A program made the translations under genes and the position numbers. Positions 8,658 through 17,665 of a stretch of 64,000 nucleotides of DNA are shown here, in pieces. Origin of the DNA: an uncultured Anaerolineaceae bacterium (GTDB lineage: Bacteria > Chloroflexota > Anaerolineae > Anaerolineales > UBA11579). The first letter of the stretch is position 1. The number at the start of each line of letters is the position of its first letter. The notes beneath the pieces are model-generated. The model saw only the letters and a program-made list of their open reading frames with translations, was not told the origin of the DNA and made no database searches. The stretch spans positions 14,648 through 78,647 of the forward strand of contig CAYJMC010000001.1 of assembly GCA_964371335.1 (NCBI GenBank), given 5' to 3'.

Positions 8658-9794
8658 TTATTCTGTGTCCAGGATTGTTTGCAGCAGGTCCAGGTAATTG
8701 AAGCCATATTCGTCAGCGGGCTCGATGGACGTGTACTCATGCCACTCGTTCCACGAGGTGATCAATATCATTCGGCTCGACCCAACCGTTAGATTCAACG
8801 CACTAACAAGTTGACCCTCAAAAAGCTCCAGGCTTCGGGGGATTGGTGGTGTATTGGCCGACGGGTCATAGCCTTTGTCATCGAACCCGGGAATGACATC
8901 CGGGATGAAATAGATCCCGGCGTTTTCTGCGGCACTTGCCCATGTCTGAAAATGAGCAGCCACTTCCTCGTTGAAATTAGCCAGGATCTCGGGCTCCCAC
9001 GAGTGCATGATGTAACCGGTTATGCCATCGTAATTGCCTAGCCTGGGGACATCAGGTTCTTGCCACCATACTTCCTCTCCGATGATGAAGACGTCCTGTC
9101 CAGTGGCTTCCATTACCGCTGCACGCGCCTGGCTCAACGTTTTGGCTACATCTCCCACGAAAATCCGCGTGAGGTAAAGGATGATCACTGGGCGCGTATC
9201 GATCTTGAGGTAGTTCGGGTTTTCAAAAAATGTTTTGGCAAGGTAGGTGAAGTCACTCACCAGGTTTTGTTTAGCGGTCGGGTCGTCCAGGTCAATTTCG
9301 CCGTTCTCATTCATTCCCAGCCGTCCGGTGGATTCATAAATGATGGAGAACTTGATCTCATCGGCCAGTTCAGCTTCTGTGAAGGCTTTTATGGCATTGT
9401 CAGTGAAATCATTTCGTCCCCACCAGCTGGCTACGAAGAAATCAATGCCATGACCGGCAGCCCAATCAATCTGCCGGTTAATGACCTCTGGATCGGAGGA
9501 CGTGTATTCACCCAGCGTAGGGGTTCCAAGATAGCCCCCGTCCCAATGTTCACGACCCGGACCCCACCAAGGGTAGAAATAAGCTCCTACAAGCATGTCG
9601 TCGTCACCAGATGTTGTGACAAATTCCCGTTCAAAACTGGCGATGGTAGGTTCGGGTACTTGGGTAGGGGGCTTGCTGGTCTCCGTAATGATTGATTCCG
9701 ATGGTTCAGTGCTCTGAACCGTGGACGAGCTGCATGCTGTGACAATTAGCTGAGCCGCTGCTGCTATAAGAATAAACATAGACCGATATTTCAT
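8658..9794 (-). CDS. Secreted lipoprotein, glycoside-hydrolase-like TIM barrel (GH99 / WbsX-like by motif)
   Basis: Lipobox VTAC. YFYPWWGPGREHWDGG...GEYTSSDP...GIDFFVASWWG resembles GH99-like families. Confidence 0.45.
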   Translation of the reverse strand: MKYRSMFILIAAAAQLIVTACSSSTVQSTEPSESIITETSKPPTQVPEPTIASFEREFVTTSGDDDMLVGAYFYPWWGPGREHWDGGYLGTPTLGEYTSSDPEVINRQIDWAAGHGIDFFVASWWGRNDFTDNAIKAFTEAELADEIKFSIIYESTGRLGMNENGEIDLDDPTAKQNLVSDFTYLAKTFFENPNYLKIDTRPVIILYLTRIFVGDVAKTLSQARAAVMEATGQDVFIIGEEVWWQEPDVPRLGNYDGITGYIMHSWEPEILANFNEEVAAHFQTWASAAENAGIYFIPDVIPGFDDKGYDPSANTPPIPRSLELFEGQLVSALNLTVGSSRMILITSWNEWHEYTSIEPADEYGFNYLDLLQTILDTE

Positions 9795-9940
9795 CCACTC
9801 TCCTCGTCTGATAACTATTCAGATATATGAATAGCGTACACGATAATCAATTGTTGACTTAAATACAGGGGCGAATGACAGGCTTTATATTGGGGCCAAT
9901 GTCCTTACAAATTTATCTTCGTCAATGTGAAAGATGCAGG

Positions 9941-11227
9941 TTATTGCCCCGACCAGCTATCCACCCAGTCTTCGATGCTCTGCAATTCGCCTTTATTCCC
10001 GGCCACACTGTGCGGCTGCCCCGGAGATGCTTCCAGGATCGTGCAAGCCGCATCCAAGCAGTAACGGTATTCCAATGCAGCGGCAAAATTCGTTGGACTA
10101 TAGAGCTTGTAGGCCCAACGCCCGCCACCTAAGGGCCACATTGGGAGAGGCGTCGTCCAGTCGATCAACTTGAACTGGATGTAGACCAGCGAGCCGTTAT
10201 CTGGGGAGGTGAGGTCGAACCAGATCGGCGCACTGGACCCTGCAGACCAGCTTTCTCCCTGGTCATCGACCTCAAGGCTGGTGGTGCCCGCGGGAATAAT
10301 CATCTGTCGCAATTGGAAGGAGCCGCCCTCTGCGTGCTCCGCGTTCCAGAAACCGTCACCCAGTGTGTACTTGTAGCGAATGTCTATGCTCGTGGGCAAC
10401 TGCAACGTCGCTGAATAACGCCCGTCGGGCTGCGCGCTCATCAGCGGCCGGGTGCGCAGGACGTCCTGGTTTCCTGTCAAGAATACAGGCGTGTTCGCCG
10501 TGTGATCCGCTGGCGGGGTGAACCAAAATGTGACATTCGCCATCAAGTTGGGCGCTAAAGCGATGGTTGCCGGTGTTTCACTGTTGGCGGCTACCAACGC
10601 GCCTTGCTGGAAGGGCAGGTGGCTGCCTGATGGCGAATAAACGACGATGTTGTGCAGGCCTTGGGGTAATCCCGGAATGAGGAACCGACCTTCAGCATCT
10701 GTGCGCGTTTGCTGTCCCGCAGCCAGCACAATTAAGTCGGGTATTGGATTCCCGCTGCCGGCTTCGGAGACCGCACCGCTTATCTGTCCAGTTTTGATGG
10801 TCAGCGGCAGGTCTGCCCAGACCGCCACCATGTCATGAGCAACGTGGCCTGGGCCATCAACTAAGTAGGCGCGATAGGTGATGCCTTCTCCGTTGGCGCC
10901 CGCCTCATCGATATTGCCCGTTGCGCTCACCCGCGTGTAGCGATACTTCAGCAGTGTGCCTGTAGGAACCGAGAGCGTAACGGACGCACTATTTTCACCG
11001 CTGGATTCCATTTCCAGTCGCAGCGGGTTGAACTCCAATCCGGTGACGTCATCGAGGATGGTGAAAAGCAAGCCTTCGCCTGCAGGACTGTTTGCGGGTA
11101 GCAGCGCATTGAATGTAACTTCAACGCTGGCCGGCAGCTGGTGTGATGTGATCTGAGTCGGCTGCCCCAAGCCGGCACAGCTCGCGAGAAAAATGGCAAT
11201 AACGCTGAACGCAATCGCCCGTCTCAT
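9941..11227 (-). CDS. Lipoprotein with carboxypeptidase-regulatory-like and CBM-like beta-sandwich repeats
   Basis: I prefer the start MRRAIAFSVIAIFLASC (ATG 11227, ATGA overlap with the tatC stop). GRFLIPGLPQGLHNIVVY is a CarboxypepD_reg-like stretch. Three modules end in [KR]Y[KR]Y. Confidence 0.5.
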   Translation of the reverse strand: MRRAIAFSVIAIFLASCAGLGQPTQITSHQLPASVEVTFNALLPANSPAGEGLLFTILDDVTGLEFNPLRLEMESSGENSASVTLSVPTGTLLKYRYTRVSATGNIDEAGANGEGITYRAYLVDGPGHVAHDMVAVWADLPLTIKTGQISGAVSEAGSGNPIPDLIVLAAGQQTRTDAEGRFLIPGLPQGLHNIVVYSPSGSHLPFQQGALVAANSETPATIALAPNLMANVTFWFTPPADHTANTPVFLTGNQDVLRTRPLMSAQPDGRYSATLQLPTSIDIRYKYTLGDGFWNAEHAEGGSFQLRQMIIPAGTTSLEVDDQGESWSAGSSAPIWFDLTSPDNGSLVYIQFKLIDWTTPLPMWPLGGGRWAYKLYSPTNFAAALEYRYCLDAACTILEASPGQPHSVAGNKGELQSIEDWVDSWSGQ

Positions 11228-12096
11228 CCCTGTTCCTTGCGTTCCGCGCGTTGCCGTTGCGCCAGGCTGGCTGTACCCACGCTGAGGAAATAAAGCGCGA
11301 CCAGCGGTAGCCACACCAGCATCATGTTGATTGGATCAACGGTTGGAGTAATGGCTGCAGCCAATACCGCGAGCGCCACCATGGCCACGCGCCAATTCTG
11401 TGCGAGCCAGCGCGCGGGCAGCAGGCCCATAGCTGCCAGAACATACGAAAGCAGCGGAAACTCGAACGCCAGCCCAACCCAGAACATCAGGCCGGTGGCA
11501 AAACCTATATAGGAGGAAGGCCGAACTGCTGTCGGGATTTCCATGAAGTTCAGCAAGAAAGAAACCGCGGGCGGCAGCAGATAATAATAGGTAAACAGCA
11601 TCCCAGCCACGAATAAAACGAATACAAGTGGGATCGCCAGCAAGCCAATCAGCCGCGCCCGGCGGCTCAGCCCTGGCGCTACGAACATCAACAGCTCGAA
11701 GGCGATGTAGGGCAGGGTGATGGCGAACGCGCTCAACAAGGTCACGCGCATCACCACCCCGATCGGTTCGGTCACGTCGATCGCCTGCAACCCTTCCAGG
11801 CCACCGATGGGCCCGGCCAGCCAACCCAGCAGTTGGCCGGCAAACTGGAACATGATGATGGAAACGATAATCAACGCCAACGTGGCGCGCAGCAGGTGGC
11901 CGCGCAGAGCCGCCAGGTGAGCCAGTACATCGCCGGGATGGGCAAGAGCCTTTTGCACTGTTTCCCCCAAAGGTGTGTCCTCCGGCTCTTCGGTAAAGAA
12001 GCGCCGCGGTCCGGCGAATACGCGGCCGATCAAGGCACCCACGAAGCGAAAGGGGGCAGTCAGCAGACGCCGGATGTTAGCGAGTATGCGACGCAT
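11224..12096 (-). CDS. tatC: Twin-arginine translocase subunit TatC
   Basis: Six-TM profile with HL.ELR-like N-terminus (HLAALRGHLL) and conserved TPTVDP-type loop. Confidence 0.88.
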   Translation of the reverse strand: MRRILANIRRLLTAPFRFVGALIGRVFAGPRRFFTEEPEDTPLGETVQKALAHPGDVLAHLAALRGHLLRATLALIIVSIIMFQFAGQLLGWLAGPIGGLEGLQAIDVTEPIGVVMRVTLLSAFAITLPYIAFELLMFVAPGLSRRARLIGLLAIPLVFVLFVAGMLFTYYYLLPPAVSFLLNFMEIPTAVRPSSYIGFATGLMFWVGLAFEFPLLSYVLAAMGLLPARWLAQNWRVAMVALAVLAAAITPTVDPINMMLVWLPLVALYFLSVGTASLAQRQRAERKEQG

Positions 12097-12109
12097 TAAC
12101 CTCTCCCCG

Positions 12110-12165
12110 TTGCGATTCTGAGCGAGTAAGGCGGCCAGAGGCAGCCGTGACGAAGCGAAGTAAAC
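12110..12165 (-). repeat. Family-1 hairpin repeat (GIY-YIG-tail unit), long form
   Basis: Minus strand reads ...ACTTCGCTTCG-tCACGGCTGCCTCTGGCCGCCTTA-CTCGCTCAGAATCGCAA. The loop is nearly identical to the copy at 42588-42650. Confidence 0.7.
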
Positions 12166-12168
12166 AGA

Positions 12169-12552
12169 TCAACTTTCCTTGCCCCCGGTTAGTTCCCCGG
12201 TTTCTTCGTCTTTTCCTTTCTTTTGTGATCGCGCTTCTGGTTGCCGCGTCCAGGCAACGATCTGGTGATCCAAATCGTCTAGCGCCGCGCGGGTTTCTTT
12301 GATCTCGTTCCTGAGTTCGCCGCCCAGTTTCTTCACATCTTCGTATCCCGCCTCCTTGGCCAGCTGATCCGGCAGATCGCGCAATTGGCGGCGCGCACTT
12401 TGGATGTTGCGCCAGGTACCCGATTCACGCAGGCTGCGCAAGGCGCGTCCCAGCGTGCCGCCAAGTTTCACCAGATCCTGCGGTCCTAGCACCAGGAAGA
12501 GGATCACAATTATGACCAGGAGCTCTACGGGGCTAATACCTAAAAATTCCAT
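12169..12552 (-). CDS. TatA/TatB-family translocase protein
   Basis: MEFLGISPVELLVIIVILFLVLGPQDL: TM plus hinge Gly-Pro plus amphipathic helix. Confidence 0.8.
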   Translation of the reverse strand: MEFLGISPVELLVIIVILFLVLGPQDLVKLGGTLGRALRSLRESGTWRNIQSARRQLRDLPDQLAKEAGYEDVKKLGGELRNEIKETRAALDDLDHQIVAWTRQPEARSQKKGKDEETGELTGGKES

Positions 12553-12609
12553 GACCAGTACTTAATAACAATAACCAATCTCGTCACCAATTTGCCAGTA
12601 ACCAATTAC
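12553..12609. repeat. Degenerate heptamer array (family 3)
   Basis: CTTAATA ACAATAA CCAATCT CGTCACC AATTTGC CAGTAAC CAATTAC. CCAAT recurs three times. Fills the nusB-tatA spacer. Confidence 0.5.
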
Positions 12610-13061
12610 TGCTTCCCATCTTTTGCCGCGTGTTCCGGCCCGAGCGCCTGGTAGATTTCATTTCGGCGTTCCGCCAGGCTGCCCAGCACCCCGTTCACAA
12701 AACGCGAGGAACTATCCGAACCGTAGCGTTTCGCCAGTTCGACGGCTTCGTTAATGGCCACCTTGACGGGCGTTTGCTGGGAGATGGCGAACTCCCAGAC
12801 AGCCATTCGGATCAGGTTGCGGTCGATGATGGAGACTTGATCGATGGGCCATTCAGGGGCGTGTTCGGCGATGTAGCCGTCGAGTTCTTTGCGGATGGGA
12901 TAAACGCCTCGCACCAGGCGGCTGGCGAATTCTTCCAGGTTGTCGTCGAGTTCGTAATCGCTGATGCGGGCGGCTAGCACTTCATCCAACGGGTGCCCGG
13001 CCAGATCAATCTCGTATAGCGCCTGGAGCGCCAGGCTGCGCGCCCGGGTGCGCGGTTTCAT
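12606..13061 (-). CDS. nusB: Transcription antitermination factor NusB
   Basis: RSLALQALYEID..., AINEAVELAKRYG...FVNGVL. Confidence 0.9.
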   Translation of the reverse strand: MKPRTRARSLALQALYEIDLAGHPLDEVLAARISDYELDDNLEEFASRLVRGVYPIRKELDGYIAEHAPEWPIDQVSIIDRNLIRMAVWEFAISQQTPVKVAINEAVELAKRYGSDSSSRFVNGVLGSLAERRNEIYQALGPEHAAKDGKQ

Positions 13062-13063
13062 CG

Positions 13064-13384
13064 CTAATCTTTGCTGTCAGTCGGCGGAAAGTAAATATCT
13101 TCGATGTGGACGTTGATGAGCCCAGCTTGCATCCCAACCATCTCTTCGATGGCGCGTGCCACCGCGGTCTGCACTTCGCGGCTCACTTGGCGCAGGTTCA
13201 GATCTTTATCCAGCACAAGGTAGAGATCGACGTCGACAACTCGGTCGATTACCTTGATTTGCACGCCTTCACCCGCGCCATGGCGCTGGACTGTGGCGTG
13301 GACGCCGGGAACCTTGAGCGCCGTCAGCCGCGCGATGGAATGGAGTACGTCTGGAGCAATTGTAGTGGAATCTGGGTTGCGCAT
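13064..13384 (-). CDS. Asp23/Gls24-family protein
   Basis: IAPDVLHSIARLTALKVPGV pattern. The position upstream of nusB is typical. Confidence 0.75.
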   Translation of the reverse strand: MRNPDSTTIAPDVLHSIARLTALKVPGVHATVQRHGAGEGVQIKVIDRVVDVDLYLVLDKDLNLRQVSREVQTAVARAIEEMVGMQAGLINVHIEDIYFPPTDSKD

Positions 13385-13394
13385 AATCTTTTCC

Positions 13395-14156
13395 TTAGAA
13401 CATTGCCATACCGCCGTCGACCGCCAGCACCTGGCCGGTGATATAGCCGGCCTCGTCCGAGGCCAGGAAGGCGACGGCGTAAGCGATCTCTTCGGGAGTG
13501 CCTTTGCGGGCGAGGGGGATCATCTTGACGAATTGCTCGCGCATCTCTTCAGGAACGCCCGCCCAAATCTCGGTGTCCACGTAGCCGGCGGCCACCGCGT
13601 TCACAGTGATGTTGCGCGCGGCTACCTCGCGGGCCAGCGCCTTGGTGAAGCCGATCTGGCCGGCTTTGGATGCCGAATAGTTGGTTTGCCCTGCGTTCCC
13701 GATTTGCCCGGATACGGAAGTGATGTTGATGATGCGCCCGGTGCGAGCCTTCATCATGTGCCGCACCGCCGCTTTGGAACAATTGAAAGTGCCCTTGAGG
13801 TTAGTGTCGATCACCGCGTCCCAGGATTCTTCGCTCATCATCATGATAAGCATGTCGCGGGTGATGCCGGCGTTGTTGACCAGAATATCGATCCTTCCCC
13901 ATTTTTCGATCGCGCCTTTCACCAGGGCATTGGCGTCTTCGACCTTTGCGACATCTCCCGGGAGAGCTGCTGCCTTGCCGCCTGCATTGGTAATGGCCAC
14001 TACTACTTCCTCGGCAGCCTTGCCGTTCTGGTTGTAGTTCACAATGATGCTTGCGCCGCGGCTCGCCAGTTCGATGGCGATGGCTCGGCCAATGCCGCGC
14101 GAAGCTCCGGTGACGACGGCGACTTTATCGGCGAGTGGTCTGGCGTTTGCGGGCAT
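13395..14156 (-). CDS. fabG: 3-oxoacyl-ACP reductase FabG
   Basis: TGASRGIG, NNAG, S...YSASK SDR triad, and a FabG-like C-terminus GQVLAVDGGM. Confidence 0.88.
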   Translation of the reverse strand: MPANARPLADKVAVVTGASRGIGRAIAIELASRGASIIVNYNQNGKAAEEVVVAITNAGGKAAALPGDVAKVEDANALVKGAIEKWGRIDILVNNAGITRDMLIMMMSEESWDAVIDTNLKGTFNCSKAAVRHMMKARTGRIINITSVSGQIGNAGQTNYSASKAGQIGFTKALAREVAARNITVNAVAAGYVDTEIWAGVPEEMREQFVKMIPLARKGTPEEIAYAVAFLASDEAGYITGQVLAVDGGMAMF

Positions 14157-14196
14157 GGTAAAGTCCCTTCGACGGGATTATACCAACGGTGTTAGC

Positions 14197-14230
14197 TTTG
14201 CCACTCTGAGCAAAGCGAGGAGTCCATCCG
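14197..14230 (-). repeat. Family-1 repeat, short form
   Basis: Minus strand reads CGGATGGACTCCTCGCTTTGCTCAGAGTGGCAAA. Confidence 0.75.
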
Positions 14231-14256
14231 AACCGTTGCATTTCTTTTAGCTGCTC

Positions 14257-14370
14257 TTACTTAGGTATCCGAACACTGAATTCATTGTGCGTTTTAGCTC
14301 TGATTCTTCTTCTGCACCAACCCTCTATCTGCTTTCCAGCATTCACGGTGGATGCTTGGCTTAGCATTAG
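14257..14370 (-). pseudogene. GIY-YIG nuclease C-terminal remnant
   Basis: My translation ...NAGKQIEGWCRRRIRAKTHNEF... matches the EKQIKGW.R.KK..LI block of COG2827-type GIY-YIG proteins. No N-terminal half. A family-1 tail follows it. Confidence 0.35.
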
Positions 14371-14406
14371 CAATAATAGCTAGTTAGCACGTCCAGAAAA
14401 CTCGCA

Positions 14407-15681
14407 TCATTCCGTGAAAATCCGCGCCCCGAGATCGAAGCCGGCGGCTTGCAGCCGCGCCATGAACACTGGGCGTAGCCCCGTGGATTTCAGTTTCCCC
14501 AACACTTTGCCTTCGGGCGATGTACCGGTTTGCTCGAATTTGAAGATGTCGGTCATGGTGACCATGTCGCCTTCCATGCCGGCCACTTCGGTGATGTGGG
14601 TCACCTTGCGCGAGCCATCCGGCAGGCGGCTCTGCTGAATGAATAGATCCACCGCCGAGGCGATCTGCTGCCGCACCATGCGCGCCGGCAGGTCCAGGCC
14701 GGCCATCAGCACCAGCGTTTCCAGGCGGGAGATTGCATCGCGTGGGGAATTGGCATGGACGGTGGTAAGCGAGCCATCGTGGCCCGTGTTCATGGCCTGT
14801 AGCATATCCAGCGCCTCCCCGCCGCGCACTTCGCCAACTACGATGCGGTCCGGCCTCATGCGCAGCGCGTTTCGCACCAGGGCGCGCACAGTCATTTCGT
14901 TGTCCTTGCCGGCATCCGCGGGCTTGGTCTCCAGGCGCACGACGTGCTCTTGTTGGAGCTGGAGTTCTGCGGCATCTTCGATGGTGACGATACGTTCGTG
15001 AGACGGTATGAAGCTGGAGAGGATGTTCAACAGGGTGGTCTTGCCTGACCCCGTGCCGCCGGAAATGATGATGTTCAGTCTCGCTTTGACGCAGGCCTCC
15101 AGGAATTCGGCCATCTTTTCTGAGAGCGAACCGAAGCGGATCAGGTCGGGAATGCCGAGGCGCTCTTTGGGGAATTTGCGAATGGTGATCGAGGGACCAT
15201 CAATTGCCACCGGCGGGATAATGGCGTTCACCCTGGAACCATCGGGCAGGCGGGCGTCGACCGCCGGGGAGGAGCGGCTGATAGTGCGGCCCAGTGGCTT
15301 GATGATATTTTCGATAACCCGGATAACCTGTTCGCTGTTGATGAAAGCTATATCTGTTTTTTGGATTCGGCCGTTGCGTTCCGCGTAGACAACGGAAGGA
15401 CCGTTTACCATCACCTCGGTGACGTCGGGGTCATCCAGCAATGGCTGCAACGGGCCGAAGCCCATGAGGCCGGCCGTGATCTCATCGAAGATCAGGGCGC
15501 GTTCGCCGTCGGGTATCTGCAATTTAGTGCGCGTATAGGCTTGGGTCAATGCTTCGCGGATCACTTCCCTTTGATCTTTTATCTCTTCCCCTTCCGCGGG
15601 CAGCGCTTTTAGCGCTTCGGCGATCAAATACGATTTAAGCTTGGATTGATGCTCGATGCTGAGCGGACTCGCCGTGCTCAT
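14407..15681 (-). CDS. CpaF/TadA-family type II/IV secretion ATPase
   Basis: Walker [10 protein letters not shown], Asp box, Walker B, and the His box of VirB11/CpaF ATPases. Confidence 0.88.
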   Translation of the reverse strand: MSTASPLSIEHQSKLKSYLIAEALKALPAEGEEIKDQREVIREALTQAYTRTKLQIPDGERALIFDEITAGLMGFGPLQPLLDDPDVTEVMVNGPSVVYAERNGRIQKTDIAFINSEQVIRVIENIIKPLGRTISRSSPAVDARLPDGSRVNAIIPPVAIDGPSITIRKFPKERLGIPDLIRFGSLSEKMAEFLEACVKARLNIIISGGTGSGKTTLLNILSSFIPSHERIVTIEDAAELQLQQEHVVRLETKPADAGKDNEMTVRALVRNALRMRPDRIVVGEVRGGEALDMLQAMNTGHDGSLTTVHANSPRDAISRLETLVLMAGLDLPARMVRQQIASAVDLFIQQSRLPDGSRKVTHITEVAGMEGDMVTMTDIFKFEQTGTSPEGKVLGKLKSTGLRPVFMARLQAAGFDLGARIFTE

Positions 15682-15956
15682 TTTTCCTCCCCCCGTTCCA
15701 CCAGCCAGATGATTTCGCTGCGGTTCAGCGCCAGGAAATCGCTCTGCAGCAATTCTGTCTTGCCATCCACATCCATCACGACGACGTTAGTCAATGGGAT
15801 AAAGGTTTCAGCTTTATTCAGTTTATCGATCATACGGTTGTCAGGCCGCTTGTGTATGGTGCCGCGGATGCGATTGTTGCGCGTTTGGATTGTGACTTGC
15901 AGCGGCACCTTGTGGACTACTTCGGTGAAGACTTTGCCCTTGTCATCGATTTCCAT
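15678..15956 (-). CDS. Small beta-rich protein of unknown function, translationally coupled to cpaF
   Basis: ATGA overlap with the cpaF start. I prefer ATG 15956 (GAAGGAGA 7 nt upstream) over 15977. No family recognised. Confidence 0.5.
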   Translation of the reverse strand: MEIDDKGKVFTEVVHKVPLQVTIQTRNNRIRGTIHKRPDNRMIDKLNKAETFIPLTNVVVMDVDGKTELLQSDFLALNRSEIIWLVERGEEK

Positions 15957-15970
15957 CGCCGTTTCTCCTT

Positions 15971-16319
15971 CTACCATCTTGATATTTTTGCCACTCTGAG
16001 CGAAGCGAAGAGTCCATCCGAGTCCTTGCTATCTTCAAGCCACTCCTTGCTCAGGTCTTTGAACTTTGGATTCATAGTTCGAATCAATTCTAATTTCTTC
16101 TTGCGTAGCCATCCCTTTATGCAACGCTCGGCATCCATAGCTTCATATACATCGGAGAATTCTTCGAAGAACAAGAGTTGATCGATATGTATTTGGCACT
16201 GAAAACCTTTTACCGCTTTCGTTTTGTGTTCATAAAATTCTTCGTTCCAAATCGCTGGTTATGCCCACATGAAGCGCACCTTTGCCGTTACCAAGGATGT
16301 AGAAGTAATAGTTATTCAC
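15971..16319 (-). pseudogene. GIY-YIG nuclease (COG2827-type), frameshifted
   Basis: GTG 16319 gives MNNYYFYILGNGKGALHVGITSDLERRIL*. One extra T shifts into the frame reading YEHKTKAVKGFQCQIHIDQLLFFEEFSDVYEAMDAERCIKGWLRKKKLELIRTMNPKFKDL..., which is ORF 15971-16174. Confidence 0.7.
15987..16020 (-). repeat. Family-1 repeat, short form (the 3' tail of the GIY-YIG pseudogene)
   Basis: Minus strand reads CGGATGGACTCTTCGCTTCGCTCAGAGTGGCAAA and encodes ...DGLFASLRVAK. Confidence 0.8.
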
Positions 16320-16356
16320 TGGTCATCCAAGATTGTTTTGAGTATTTTTATGTTAA

Positions 16357-16413
16357 GGATGAATGCTTCGCAACGCCTTCCCGCTGAGCGGGAAAGCTGC
16401 TCAGCATGGCAAA
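16357..16413 (+). repeat. Family-1 repeat, long form
   Basis: GGATGAATGCTTCGC-aacgCCTTCCCGCtgaGCGGGAAaGctg-CTCAGCATGGCAAA with an internal hairpin. Confidence 0.7.
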
Positions 16414-16435
16414 TGCGTAGTTCTTGACCATAGCT

Positions 16436-17386
16436 TTAGCTTGATAATGTCTCAAAATCCGCCGGCTCTCCAAGCGCGATGCCTTCAGCTTCGGCGTCGA
16501 TGCGCTTCAACAGCCCCGTTAGCACGGAGCCGGACCCTAGCTCGATAAAGCTTTTGACGCCCAGCTTGCGCAGATTGCGGATGGATTCGGTCCAGTGCAC
16601 TCTGGACGTTAGCTGCCCGTAAAGGTCCCCCCGGATGGTATCCGCTGTCTTCAGAATGTCGGCGCCCACATTGCCCACGATGGGGATCTCTGGATCCTCG
16701 ATCAAGGCATCGTCCACCGCGATGCGGAACTGGTCCTGCGCCCCCGCCATCAGCGGCGAGTGCGCCGCGATGCTGACCGCCAGCGGCAGCGCCCGTTTGG
16801 CGCCAGCTTCCTTGGCCAGGTCCATTGCGCGTTGAACCGCGCCTGAGTGCCCGGAGATGACCACCTGGCCCGGGCTGTTGTCGTTCGCGACCTGCACTAC
16901 TTCCTTGCCCACGATGCTGGCTTTGAAGCAGATCTTGTCCAGCGTTTCGATGTCAATCCCCAGGATGGCGGCCATGCCGCCGGGGTTTTGCTGGCCCGCC
17001 AGCTTCATCAGTTCGCCGCGGCGGCGCACCAGCTTCAGCGCCGCGGGAAAATCCAGTGCACCGGCGGCCACCGCTGCGGAGATCTCTCCGAGGCTGTGCC
17101 CGGCCACATAGGCAGGCACGAAGCCAAGATGCAGTTTTTCGAAGACGCGCAGCGCAGCCACGGAGTGCACCAACAGGGCGGGCTGGGTGTTGATGGTGTC
17201 ATTGAGTTCGTCCTCGGGGCCTTCCCAGCACAGCTTGGAGAGCTGAATGCCCAGCAGCTTGTCGGCTTGGTCAAAGACGGCTTTGGCTTCGGGGTGGGCG
17301 GCGGCCAGCGCTTGTCCCATGCCTGGTTTCTGCGAACCTTGGCCGGGGAAGAGGAAAGCAATGGTGGATGGATCCGGAAAGATCAT
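16436..17386 (-). CDS. fabD: Malonyl-CoA:ACP transacylase FabD
   Basis: FPGQGSQ, GHSLGE, and a typical length of 316 aa. Confidence 0.9.
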   Translation of the reverse strand: MIFPDPSTIAFLFPGQGSQKPGMGQALAAAHPEAKAVFDQADKLLGIQLSKLCWEGPEDELNDTINTQPALLVHSVAALRVFEKLHLGFVPAYVAGHSLGEISAAVAAGALDFPAALKLVRRRGELMKLAGQQNPGGMAAILGIDIETLDKICFKASIVGKEVVQVANDNSPGQVVISGHSGAVQRAMDLAKEAGAKRALPLAVSIAAHSPLMAGAQDQFRIAVDDALIEDPEIPIVGNVGADILKTADTIRGDLYGQLTSRVHWTESIRNLRKLGVKSFIELGSGSVLTGLLKRIDAEAEGIALGEPADFETLSS

Positions 17387-17443
17387 GACGGGATTTTAAA
17401 CGAAAATGGGATGAACGGCCTGTTTATGGCAACCTAAACCTGG

Positions 17444-17568
17444 ACAGGAAACTTATTTTGGTGTCCTGTGCATCATGAGCTGATAAGTGGGGTGAAAGGG
17501 ATGTCCGAAAAATTCTTGGTGGTCCTGTCTAAATGAAACTTACCATTCCACCGATCGTGATGTCCTGT
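17444..17568. promoter_or_regulatory. Cluster of GTCCTGT motifs upstream of the ATP-grasp gene
   Basis: GTCCTGT at 17463-69, 17522-28 and 17562-68. An inverted ACAGGA at 17444-49 forms ACAGGA-N14-TCCTGT with the first copy. Confidence 0.35.
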
Positions 17569-17665
17569 TTGCAACTCTGCATCCAACGCTGGGAACGTTG
17601 AAAAAAAACTACTAATAGAAATATATCGTGTATAGTGTAGGTCTGAACGGAACGACGAAGTTCTT

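Noticed and set aside
13254-14195. 313-aa plus-strand ORF covering the whole fabG locus. Similar long antisense ORFs exist at 6130-6729, 9060-9695, 16847-17437, 24856-25344, 41486-41986 and 45768-46421.
   Set aside because: The opposite strand encodes full-length, motif-complete conserved proteins in each case. High GC suppresses stop codons in antisense frames, and the translations are Arg/Ala/Gly-rich low-complexity sequence.
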